From the NCBI RefSeq assembly GCF_009914755.1, contig NC_060942.1: 64,000 nucleotides of DNA; one strand, given 5' to 3'. This document shows, piece by piece, positions 39,758 through 52,500 of the stretch (position 1 is its first letter; each line of letters begins with the position of its first letter). Made by a program: the position numbers and the translations under genes. The stretch is from the human T2T-CHM13v2.0 reference genome, Homo sapiens. A model generated the notes under the pieces. That model saw only the letters and a list, made by a program, of their open reading frames with translations, had not been told where the DNA came from and ran no database searches.

Positions 39758-42700
39758 CATTCTCAGAAACTAGTTTCTGATGTGTGTCCTCAACTAACAC
39801 AGTTGAACATTTCTTTAGACAGAACAGTTTTGAAACTCTCTTTTTGTGGAATCTGCAAGTGGATATTTGGCTAGATTTGAGGATTTCGTTGGAAACGGGA
39901 TTACATATAAAAAGCAGACAGCAGCATTCTCAGAAAGTTCTTTGTGATGATTGCATTCAAGTCACAGAATTGAACATTCCCTTTCACAGAGCAGGTTTGA
40001 AACACTGTTTTTGTAGTGTGTGTAAGTGGACATTTGGAGCACTTTCCGGCCTAAGGTGAAAAAGGAAATATCTTCCCATAAAAACTAGACAGAAGCATTC
40101 TCAGAAACTTACTCGTGATGTGTGTCCTCAACTAAAGGAGTAGAACCTTTCTTTTCATAGAGAAGTTTTGAAACGCTCTTTTTGTGGAATCTGCAAGTGG
40201 ATATTTGGCTAGTTTGGAGGATTTCGTTGGAAGCGGGAATTCATACAAATTGCAGACTGCAGCGTTCTGAGAAACATCTTTGTGATGTTTGTATTCAGGA
40301 CACAGAGTTGAACATTCCCTATCATAGAGCAGGTTGGAATCACTCCTTTTGTAGTATCTGGAAGTGGACATTTGGAGCGCTTTCAGGCCTATGTTGGAAA
40401 AGGAAATATCTTCCCATAACAACTAGACAGAAGCATTCTCAGAAACTTATTTGAGATGTGTGTACTCAACTAAGAGAATTGAACCACCGTTTTGAAGGAG
40501 CAGTTTTGAAACACTCTTTTTCTGGAATCTGCAAGTGGATATTTGGCTAGCTTTGGGGATTTCGCTGGAAGCGGGAATACATATAAAAAGCACACAGCAG
40601 CGTTCTGAGAAACTGCTTTCTGATGTTTGCATTCAAGTCAAAAGTTGAACACTACCTTTGATAGAGCAGTCCTGAAACACTCCTTTTGTAGTATCTGGAA
40701 CTGGACTTTTGGAGCGCTTTCAGGGCTAAGGTGAAAAAGGAAATATCTTCCCATAAAAACTGGACAGAAGAATTCTCAGAAACTTGTTTATGCTGTATCT
40801 ACTCTACTAAAAAAGTTGAACCTTTCTTTTGATAGAGCAGTTTTGAAATGCTCTTTTTGTGGAATCTGCAATTGGATATTTGGCTAGATTTGAGGATTTC
40901 GTTGGAAGCTGGAATACATACAAATTGCAGACTGCAGCGTTCTGAGAAACATCTTTGTGATGTTTGTATTCAGGACACAGAGTTGAACATTCCCTATCAT
41001 AGAGCAGGTTGGAATCACTCCTTTTGTAGTATCTGGAAGTGGACATTTGGAGCGCTTTCAGGCCTATGTTGAAAAAGGAAATATCTTCCCATAACAACTA
41101 GACACAAGCATTCTCAGAAACTTGTTTGTGATGTGTGCCCTCTACTGACAGAGTTGAACCTTTCTTTTCATAGAGCAGTTTTGAAACACTCTTTTTGTAG
41201 AATCTGCAAGAGGATATTTGCATAGCTTTGAGGATTTCGTGGGAAACGGGATTGTCTTCAGGTAAAATCTAGACAGAAGCATTCTCAGAAACTTCCTTGG
41301 GATGTTTGCATTCAAGTCACAGAGTAGAACATTCCCTTTGGTAGAGCAGGTTTGAAACACTCTTTTTTTAGTATATGGAAGTGGACATTTGGAGCGCTTT
41401 CAGGCCTACGTTGGAAAAGGAAATATCTTCCCATAACAACTAGACAGAAGCATTCTCAGAAACTAGTTTCTGATGTGTGTCCTCAACTAACACAGTTGAA
41501 CATTTCTTTAGACAGAACAGTTTTGAAACACTCTTTTTGTGGTATCTGCAAGTGGCTATTTGGCTAGATTTGAGGATTTCGTTGGAAACGGGATTACATA
41601 TAAAAAGCAGACAGCAGCATTCTCAGAAACTTCTTTGTGATGATTGCATTCAAGTCACAGAATTGAACATTCCCTTTCACAGAGCAGGTTTGAAACACTC
41701 TTTGTATAGTGTGTGTAAGTGGACATTTGGAGCACTTTCCGGCCTAAGGTGAAAAAGGAAATATCTTCCCATAAAAACTAGACAGAAGCATTCTCAGAAA
41801 GTTACTCGTGATGTGTGTCCTCAACTAAAGAAGTAGAACCTTTCTTTTCATAGATAAGTTTTGAAACGCTCTTTTTGTGGAATCTGCAAGTGGATATTTG
41901 GCTAGTTTTGAGGATTTCGTTGGAAGCGGTAATTCATACAAATTGCAGACTGCAGCGTTCTGAGAAACATCTTTGTGATGTTTGTATTCAGGACACAGAG
42001 TTGAACATTCCCTATCATAGAGCAGGTTGGAATCACTCCTTTTGTAGTATCTGGAAGTGGACATTTGGAGCGCTTTCAGGCCTATGTTGAAAAAGGAAAT
42101 ATCTTCCCATAACAACTAGACACAAGCATTCTCAGAAACTTGTTTGTGATGTGTGCCCTCTACTGACAGAGTTGAACCTTTCTTTTCATAGAGCAGTTTT
42201 GAAACACTCTTTTTGTAGAATCTGCAAGAGGATATTTGCATAGCTTTGAGGATTTCGTGGGAAACGGGATTGTCTTCAGGTAAAATCTAGACAGAAGCAT
42301 TCTCAGAAACTTCTTTGGGATGTTTGCATTCAAGTCACAGAGTAGAACATTCCCTTTGGTAGAGCAGGTTTGAAACACTCTTTTTGTAGTATCTGGAAGT
42401 GGACATTTGGAGCGCTTTCAGGCCTATGTTGGAAAGGGAAATATCTTCCCGTAACAACTAGGCAGAAGCATTCTCAGAAACTTATTTGAGATGTGTGTAC
42501 TCAACTAAGAGAATTGAACCACCGTTTTGAAGGAGCAGTTTTGAAACACTCTTTTTCTGGAATCTGCAAGAGGATATTTGCCTAGCCTTGAGGATTTCGT
42601 TGGAAACGGGATTGTCTTCAGATCAAATCTAGACAGAAGCATTCTCAGAAACTTCTTTGGGATGTTTGCATTCAAGTCACAGAGTAGAACATTCCCTTTG

Positions 42701-45700
42701 GTAGAGCAGGTTTGAAACACTCTTTTTTTAGTATATGGAAGTGGACATTTGGAGCGCTTTCAGGCCTACGTTGGAAAAGGAAATATCTTCCCATAACAAC
42801 TAGACAGAAGCATTCTCAGAAACTAGTTTCTGATGTGTGTCCTCAACTAACACAGTTGAACATTTCTTTAGACAGAACAGTTTTGAAACACTCTTTTTGT
42901 GGAATCTGCAAGTGGCTATTTGGCTAGATTTGAGGATTTCGTTGGAAACGGGATTACATATAAAAAGCAGACAGCAGCATTCTCAGAAAGTTCTTTGTGA
43001 TGATTGCATTCAAGTCACAGAATTGAACATTCCCTTTCACAGAGCAGGTTTGAAACACTCTTTTTGTAGTGTGTGTAAGTGGACATTTGGAGCACTTTCC
43101 GGCCTAAGGTGAAAAAGGGAATATCTTCCCATAAAAACTAGACAGAAGCATTCTCAGAAACTTACTCGTGATGTGTGTCCTCAACTAAAGGAGTAGAACC
43201 TTTGTTTTCATAGAGAAGTTTTGAAACGCTCTTTTTGTGGAATCTGCAAGTGGATATTTGGCTAGTTTGGAGGATTTCGTTGGAAGCGGGAATTCATACA
43301 AATTGCAGACTGCAGCGTTCTGAGAAACATCTTTGTGATGTTTGTATTCAGGACACAGAGTTGAACATTCCCTATCATAGAGCAGGTTGGAATCACTCCT
43401 TTTGTGATATCTGGAAGTGGACATTTGGAGCGCTTTCAGGCCTATGTTGGAAAAGGAAATATCTTCCCATAACAACTAGACAGAAGCATTCTCAGAAACT
43501 TATTTGAGATGTGTGTACTCAACTAAGAGAATTGAACCACCGTTTTGAAGGAGCAGTTTTGAAACACTCTTTTTCTGGAATCTGCAAGTGGATATTTGGC
43601 TAGCTTTGGGGATTTCGCTGGAAGCGGGAATACATATAAAAAGCACACAGCAGCGTTCTGAGAAACTGCTTTCTGATGTTTGCATTCAAGTCAAAAGTTG
43701 AACACTCCCTTTCATAGAGCAGTCCTGAAACACTCCTTTTGTAGTATCTGGAACTGGACTTTTGGAGCGCTTTCAGGGCTAAGGTGAAAAAGGAAATATC
43801 TTCCCATAAAAACTGGACAGAAGCATTCTCAGAAACTTGTTTATGCTGTATCTACTCTACTAAAAAAGTTGAACCTTTCTTTTGATAGAGCAGTTTTGAA
43901 ATGCTCTTTTTGTGGAATCTGCAATTGGATATTTGGCTAGATTTGAGGATTTCGTTGGAAGCTGGAATACATACAAATTGCAGACTGCAGCGTTCTGAGA
44001 AACATCTTTGTGATGTTTGTATTCAGGACACAGAGTTGAACATTCCCTATCATAGAGCAGGTTGGAATCACTCCTTTTGTAGTATCTGGAAGTGGACATT
44101 TGGAGCGCTTTCAGGCCTATGTTGAAAAAGGAAATATCTTCCCATAACAACTAGACACAAGCATTCTCAGAAACTTGTTTGTGATGTGTGCCCTCTACTG
44201 ACAGAGTTGAACCTTTCTTTTCATAGAGCAGTTTTGAAACACTCTTTTTGTAGAATCTGCAAGAGGATATTTGCATAGCTTTGAGGATTTCGTGGGAAAC
44301 GGGATTGTCTTCAGGTAAAATCTAGACAGAAGCATTCTCAGAAACTCCTTTGGGATGTTTGCATTCAAGTCACAGAGTAGAACATTCCCTTTGGTAGAGC
44401 AGGTTTGAAACACTCTTTTTTTAGTATATGGAAGTGGACATTTGGAGCGCTTTCAGGCCTACGTTGGAAAAGGAAATATCTTCCCATAACAACTAGACAG
44501 AAGCATTCTCAGAAACTAGTTTCTGATGTGTGTCCTCAACTAACACAGTTGAACATTTCTTTAGACAGAACAGTTTTGAAACACTCTTTTTGTGGTATCT
44601 GCAAGTGGCTATTTGGCTAGATTTGAGGATTTCGTTGGAAACGGGATTACATATAAAAAGCAGACAGCAGCATTCTCAGAAACTTCTTTGTGATGATTGC
44701 ATTCAAGTCACAGTATTGAACATTCCCTTTCACAGAGCAGGTTTGAAACACTCTTTGTATAGTGTGTGTAAGTGGACATTTGGAGCACTTTCCGGCCTAA
44801 GGTGAAAAAGGAAATATCTTCCCATAAAAACTAGACAGAAGCATTCTCAGAAAGTTACTCGTGATGTGTGTCCTCAACTAAAGAAGTAGAACCTTTCTTT
44901 TCATAGATAAGTTTTGAAACGCTCTTTTTGTGGAATCTGCAAGTGGATATTTGGCTAGTTTTGAGGATTTCGTTGGAAGCGGGAATTCATACAAATTGCA
45001 GACTGCAGCGTTCTGAGAAACATCTTTGTGATGTTTGTATTCAGGACAGAGAGTTGAACATTCCCTATCATAGAGCAGGTTGGAATCACTCCTTTTGTAG
45101 TATCTGGAAGTGGACATTTGGAGCGCTTTCAGGCCTATGTTGAAAAAGGAAATATCTTCCCATAACAACTAGACACAAGCATTCTCAGAAACTTGTTTGT
45201 GATGTGTGCCCTCTACTGACAGAGTTGAACCTTTCTTTTCATAGAGCAGTTTTGAAACACTCTTTTTGTAGAATCTGCAAGAGGATATTTGCATAGCTTT
45301 GAGGATTTCGTGGGAAACGGGATTGTCTTCAGGTAAAATCTAGACAGAAGCATTCTCAGAAACTTCTTTGGGATGTTTGCATTCAAGTCACAGAGTAGAA
45401 CATTCCCTTTGGTAGAGCAGGTTTGAAACACTCTTTTTGTAGTATCTGGAAGTGGACATTTGGAGCGCTTTCAGGCCTATGTTGGAAAGGGAAATATCTT
45501 CCCGTAACAACTAGGCAGAAGCATTCTCAGAAACTTATTTGAGATGTGTGTACTCAACTAAGAGAATTGAACCACCGTTTTGAAGGAGCAGTTTTGAAAC
45601 ACTCTTTTTCTGGAATCTGCAAGAGGATATTTGCCTAGCCTTGAGGATTTCGTTGGAAACGGGATTGTCTTCAGATCAAATCTAGACAGAAGCATTCTCA

Positions 45701-47556
45701 GAAACTTCTTTGGGATGTTTGCATTCAAGTCACAGAGTAGAACATTCCCTTTGGTAGAGCAGGTTTGAAACACTCTTTTTTTAGTATATGGAAGTGGACA
45801 TTTGGAGCGCTTTCAGGCCTACGTTGGAAAAGGAAATATCTTCCCATAACAACTAGACAGAAGCATTCTCAGAAACTAGTTTCTGATGTGTGTCCTCAAC
45901 TAACACAGTTGAACATTTCTTTAGACAGAACAGTTTTGAAACACTCTTTTTGTGGAATCTGCAAGTGGCTATTTGGCTAGATTTGAGGATTTCGTTGGAA
46001 ACGGGATTACATATAAAAAGCAGACAGCAGCATTCTCAGAAAGTTCTTTGTGATGATTGCATTCAAGTCACAGAATTGAACATTCCCTTTCACAGAGCAG
46101 GTTTGAAACACTCTTTTTGTAGTGTGTGTAAGTGGACATTTGGAGCACTTTCCGGCCTAAGGTGAAAAAGGGAATATCTTCCCATAAAAACTAGACAGAA
46201 GCATTCTCAGAAACTTACTCGTGATGTGTGTCCTCAACTAAAGGAGTAGAACCTTTGTTTTCATAGAGAAGTTTTGAAACGCTCTTTTTGTGGAATCTGC
46301 AAGTGGATATTTGGCTAGTTTGGAGGATTTCGTTGGAAGCGGGAATTCATACAAATTGCAGACTGCAGCGTTCTGAGAAACATCTTTGTGATGTTTGTAT
46401 TCAGGACACAGAGTTGAACATTCCCTATCATAGAGCAGGTTGGAATCACTCCTTTTGTGGTATCTGGAAGTGGACATTTGGAGCGCTTTCAGGCCTATGT
46501 TGGAAAAGGAAATATCTTCCCATAACAACTAGACAGAAGCATTCTCAGAAACTTATTTGAGATGTGTGTACTCAACTAAGATAATTGAACCACCGTTTTG
46601 AAGGAGCAGTTTTGAAACACTCTTTTTCTGGAATCTGCAAGTGGATATTTGGCTAGCTTTGGGGATTTCGCTGGAAGCGGGAATACATATAAAAAGCACA
46701 CAGCAGCGTTCTGAGAAACTGCTTTCTGATGTTTGCATTCAAGTCAAAAGTTGAACACTCCCTTTCATAGAGCAGTCCTGAAACACTCCTTTTGTAGTAT
46801 CTGGAACTGGACTTTTGGAGCGCTTTCAGGGCTAAGGTGAAAAAGGAAATATCTTCCCATAAAAACTGGACAGAAGCATTCTCAGAAACTTGTTTATGCT
46901 GTATCTACTCTACTAAAAAAGTTGAACCTTTCTTTTGATAGAGCAGTTTTGAAATGCTCTTTTTGTGGAATCTGCAATTGGATATTTGGCTAGATTTGAG
47001 GATTTCGTTGGAAGCTGGAATACATACAAATTGCAGACTGCAGCGTTCTGAGAAACATCTTTGTGATGTTTGTATTCAGGACACAGAGTTGAACATTCCC
47101 TATCATAGAGCAGGTTGGAATCACTCCTTTTGTAGTATCTGGAAGTGGACATTTGGAGCGCTTTCAGGCCTATGTTGAAAAAGGAAATATCTTCCCATAA
47201 CAACTAGACACAAGCATTCTCAGAAACTTGTTTGTGATGTGTGCCCTCTACTGACAGAGTTGAACCTTTCTTTTCATAGAGCAGTTTTGAAACACTCTTT
47301 TTGTAGAATCTGCAAGAGGATATTTGCATAGCTTTGAGGATTTCGTGGGAAACGGGATTGTCTTCAGGTAAAATCTAGACAGAAGCATTCTCAGAAACTT
47401 CTTTGGGATGTTTGCATTCAAGTCACAGAGTAGAACATTCCCTTTGGTAGAGCAGGTTTGAAACACTCTTTTTTTAGTATATGGAAGTGGACATTTGGAG
47501 CGCTTTCAGGCCTACGTTGGAAAAGGAAATATCTTCCCATAACAACTAGACAGAAG
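39758..47556 (+). repeat. Alternating 10-8-10-8-10-mer HOR variants (3053-bp period)
   Basis: Unit starts 39758, 41451, 42811, 44504, 45864; lengths 1693, 1360, 1693, 1360, 1693. Confidence 0.93.
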
Positions 47557-49590
47557 CATTCTCAGAAACTAGTTTCTGATGTGTGTCCTCAACTAACACA
47601 GTTGAACATTTCTTTAGACAGAACAGTTTTGAAACACTCTTTTTGTGGAATCTGCAAGTGGATATTTGGCTAGATTTGAGGATTTCGTTGGAAACGGGAT
47701 TACATATAAAAAGCAGACAGCAGCATTCTCAGAAAGTTCTTTGTGATGATTGCATTCAAGTCACAGAATTGAACATTCCCTTTCACAGAGCAGGTTTGAA
47801 ACACTCTTTTTGTAGTGTGTGTAAGTGGACATTTGGAGCACTTTCCGGCCTAAGGTGAAAAAGGAAATATCTTCCCATAAATCTAGACAGAAGCATTCTC
47901 AGAAACTTACTCGTGATGTGTGTCCTCAACTAAAGGAGTAGAACCTTTCTTTTCATAGAGAAGTTTTGAAACGCTCTTTTTGTGGAATCTGCAAGTGGAT
48001 ATTTGGCTAGTTTGGAGGATTTCGTTGGAAGCGGGAATTCATACAAATTGCAGACTGCAGCGTTCTGAGAAACATCTTTGTGATGTTTGTATTCAGGACA
48101 CAGAGTTGAACATTCCCTATCATAGAGCAGGTTTGAATCACTCCTTTTGTAGTATCTGGAAGTGGACATTTGGAGCGCTTTCAGGCCTATGTTGGAAAAG
48201 GAAATATCTTCCCATAACAACTAGACAGAAGCATTCTCAGAAACTTATTTGAGATGTGTGTACTCAACTAAGAGAATTGAACCACCGTTTTGAAGGAGCA
48301 GTTTTGAAACACTCTTTTTCTGGAATCTGCAAGTGGATATTTGGCTAGCTTTGGGGACTTCGCTGGAGGCGGGAATACATATAAAAAGCACACAGCAGCG
48401 TACTGAGAAACTGCTTTCTGATGTTTGCATTCAAGTCAAAAGTTGAACACTCCCTTTCATAGAGCAGTCCTGGAACACTCCTTTTGTAGTATCTGGAACT
48501 GGACTTTTGGAGCGCTTTCAGGGCTAAGGTGAAAAAGGAAATATCTTCCCATAAAAACTGGACAGAAGCATTCTCAGAAACTTGTTTATGCTGTATCTAC
48601 TCAACTAACAAATTTGAACCTTTCTTTTGATAGAGCAGTTTTGAAATGCTCTTTTTATGGAATCTGCAAGTGGATATTTGGCTAGTTTTGAGGATTTCGT
48701 TGGAAGCGGGAATTCATACAAATTGCAGACTGCAGCGTTCTGAGAAACATCTTTGTGGTGTTTGTATTCAGGACAGAGAGTTGAACATTCCCTATCATAG
48801 AGCAGGTTGGAATCACTCCTTTTGTAGTATCTGGAAGTGGACATTTGGAGCGCTTTCTGGCCTATGTTGAAAAAGGAAATATCTTCCCATAACAACTAGA
48901 CACAAGCATTCTCAGAAACTTGTTTGTGATGTGTGCCCTCTACTGACAGAGTTGAACCTCTCTTTTCATAGAGCAGTTTTGAAACACTCTTTTTGTAGAA
49001 TCTGCAAGAGGATATTTGCATAGCTTTGAGGATTTCGTGGGAAACGGTATTGTCTTCAGGTAAAATCTAGACAGAAGCATTCTCAGAAACTTCTTTGGGA
49101 TGTTTGCATTCAAGTCACAGAGTAGAACATTCCCTTTGGTAGAGCAGGTTTGAAACACTCTTTTTGTAGTATCTGGAAGTGGACATTTGGAGCGCTTTCA
49201 GGCCTATGTTGGAAAGGGAAATATCTTCCCGTAACAACTAGGCAGAAGCATTCTCAGAAACTTATTTGAGATGTGTGTACTCAACTAAGAGAATTGAACC
49301 ACCGTTTTGAAGGAGCAGTTTTGAAACACTCTTTTTCTGGAATCTGCAAGAGGATATTTGCCTAGCCTTGAGGATTTCGTTGGAAACGGGATTGTCTTCA
49401 GATCAAATCTAGACAGAAGCATTCTCAGAAACTTCTTTGGGATGTTTGCATTCAAGTCACAGAGTAGAACATTCCCTTTGGTAGAGCAGGTTTGAAACAC
49501 TCTTTTTTTAGTATATGGAAGTGGACATTTGGAGCGCTTTCAGGCCTACGTTGGAAAAGGAAATATCTTCCCATAACAACTAGACAGAAG
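47557..49590 (+). repeat. Single, more diverged 12-mer HOR (2034 bp)
   Basis: Full ABCDEF; 1-bp deletion near 47880 (cccataaatctagac) and several private SNVs (ggggactt, cgtactgag, ctggaacac, aatttgaac, ttttatgg, tgtggtg). Confidence 0.88.
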
Positions 49591-52500
49591 CATTCTCAGA
49601 AACTAGTTTCTGATGTGTGTCCTCAACTAACACAGTTGAACATTTCTTTAGACAGAACAGTTTTGAAACTCTCTTTTTGTGGAATCTGCAAGTGGATATT
49701 TGGCTAGATTTGAGGATTTCGTTGGAAACGGGATTACATATAAAAAGCAGACAGCAGCATTCTCAGAAAGTTCTTTGTGATGATTGCATTCAAGTCACAG
49801 AATTGAACATTCCCTTTCACAGAGCAGGTTTGAAACACTCTTTTTGTAGTGTGTGTAAGTGGACATTTGGAGCACTTTCCGGCCTAAGGTGAAAAAGGAA
49901 ATATCTTCCCATAAAAACTAGACAGAAGCATTCTCAGAAACTTACTCGTGATGTGTGTCCTCAACTAAAGGAGTAGAACCTTTCTTTTCATAGAGAAGTT
50001 TTGAAACGCTCTTTTTGTGGAATCTGCAAGTGGATATTTGGCTAGTTTTGAGGATTTCGTTGGAAGCGGGAATTCATACAAATTGCAGACTGCAGCGTTC
50101 TGAGAAACATCTTTGTGATGTTTGTATTCAGGACACAGAGTTGAACATTCCCTATCATAGAGCAGGTTTGAATCACTCCTTTTGTAGTATCTGGAAGTGG
50201 ACATTTGGAGCGCTTTCAGGCCTATGTTGGAAAAGGAAATATCTTCCCATAACAACTAGACAGAAGCATTCTCAGAAACTTATTTGAGATGTGTGTACTC
50301 AACTAAGAGAATTGAACCACCGTTTTGAAGGAGCAGTTTTGAAACACTCTTTTTCTGGAATCTGCAAGTGGATATTTGGCTAGCTTTGGGGATTTCGCTG
50401 GAAGCGGGAATACATATAAAAAGCACACAGCAGCGTTCTGAGAAACTGCTTTCTGATGTTTGCATTCAAGTCAAAAGTTGAACACTCCCTTTCATAGAGC
50501 AGTCCTGAAACACTCCTTTTGTAGTATCTGGAACTGGACTTTTGGAGCGCTTTCAGGGCTAAGGTGAAAAAGGAAATATCTTCCCATAAAAACTGGACAG
50601 AAGAATTCTCAGAAACTTGTTTATGCTGTATCTACTCTACTAAAAAAGTTGAACCTTTCTTTTGATAGAGCAGTTTTGAAATGCTCTTTTTGTGGAATCT
50701 GCAATTGGATATTTGGCTAGATTTGAGGATTTCGTTGGAAGCTGGAATACATACAAATTGCAGACTGCAGCGTTCTGAGAAACATCTTTGTGATGTTTGT
50801 ATTCAGGACACAGAGTTGAACATTCCCTATCATAGAGCAGGTTGGAATCACTCCTTTTGTAGTATCTGGAAGTGGACATTTGGAGCGCTTTCTGGCCTAT
50901 GTTGAAAAAGGAAATATCTTCCCATAACAACTAGACACAAGCATTCTCAGAAACTTGTTTGTGATGTGTGCCCTCTACTGACAGAGTTGAACCTTTCTTT
51001 TCATAGAGCAGTTTTGAAACACTCTTTTTGTAGAATCTGCAAGAGGATATTTGCATAGCTTTGAGGATTTCGTGGGAAACGGGATTGTCTTCAGGTAAAA
51101 TCTAGACAGAAGCATTCTCAGAAACTTCTTTGGGATGTTTGCATTCAAGTCACAGAGTAGAACATTCCCTTTGGTAGAGCAGGTTTGAAACACTCTTTTT
51201 TTAGTATATGGAAGTGGACATTTGGAGCGCTTTCAGGCCTACGTTGGAAAAGGAAATATCTTCCCATAACAACTAGACAGAAGCATTCTCAGAAACTAGT
51301 TTCTGATGTGTGTCCTCAACTAACACAGTTGAACATTTCTTTAGACAGAACAGTTTTGAAACACTCTTTTTGTGGTATCTGCAAGTGGCTATTTGGCTAG
51401 ATTTGAGGATTTCGTTGGAAACGGGATTCCATATAAAAAGCAGACAGCAGCATTCTCAGAAACTTCTTTGTGATGATTGCATTCAAGTCACAGTATTGAA
51501 CATTCCCTTTCACAGAGCAGGTTTGAAACACTCTTTGTATAGTGTGTGTAAGTGGACATTTGGAGCACTTTCCGGCCTAAGGTGAAAAAGGAAATATCTC
51601 TCCATAAAAACTAGACAGAAGCATTCTCAGGAACTTACTCGTGATGTGTGTCCTCAACTAAAGAAGTAGAACCTTTCTTTTCATAGATAAGTTTTGAAAC
51701 GCTCTTTTTGTGGAATCTGCAAGTGGATGTTTGGCTAGTTTTGAGGATTTCGTTGGAAGCGGGAATTCATACAAATTGCAGACTGCAGCGTTCTGAGAAA
51801 CATCTTTGTGATGTTTGTATTCAGGACACAGAGTTGAACATTCCCTATCATAGAGCAGGTTGGAATCACTCCTTTTGTAGTATCTGGAAGTGGACATTTG
51901 GAGCGCTTTCAGGCCTATGTTGAAAAAGGAAATATCTTCCCATAACAACTAGACACAAGCATTCTCAGAAACTTGTTTGTGATGTGTGCCCTCTACTGAC
52001 AGAGTTGAACCTTTCTTTTCATAGAGCAGTTTTGAAACACTCTTTTTGTAGAATCTGCAAGAGGATATTTGCATAGCTTTGAGGATTTCGTGGGAAACGG
52101 GATTGTCTTCAGGTAAAATCTAGACAGAAGCATTCTCAGAAACTTCTTTGGGATGTTTGCATTCAAGTCACAGAGTAGAACATTCCCTTTGGTAGAGCAG
52201 GTTTGAAACACTCTTTTTGTAGTATCTGGAAGTGGACATTTGGAGCGCTTTCAGGCCTATGTTGGAAAGGGAAATATCTTCCCGTAACAACTAGGCAGAA
52301 GCATTCTCAGAAACTTATTTGAGATGTGTGTACTCAACTAAGAGAATTGAACCACCGTTTTGAAGGAGCAGTTTTGAAACACTCTTTTTCTGGAATCTGC
52401 AAGAGGATATTTGCCTAGCCTTGAGGATTTCGTTGGAAACGGGATTGTCTTCAGATCAAATCTAGACAGAAGCATTCTCAGAAACTTCTTTGGGATGTTT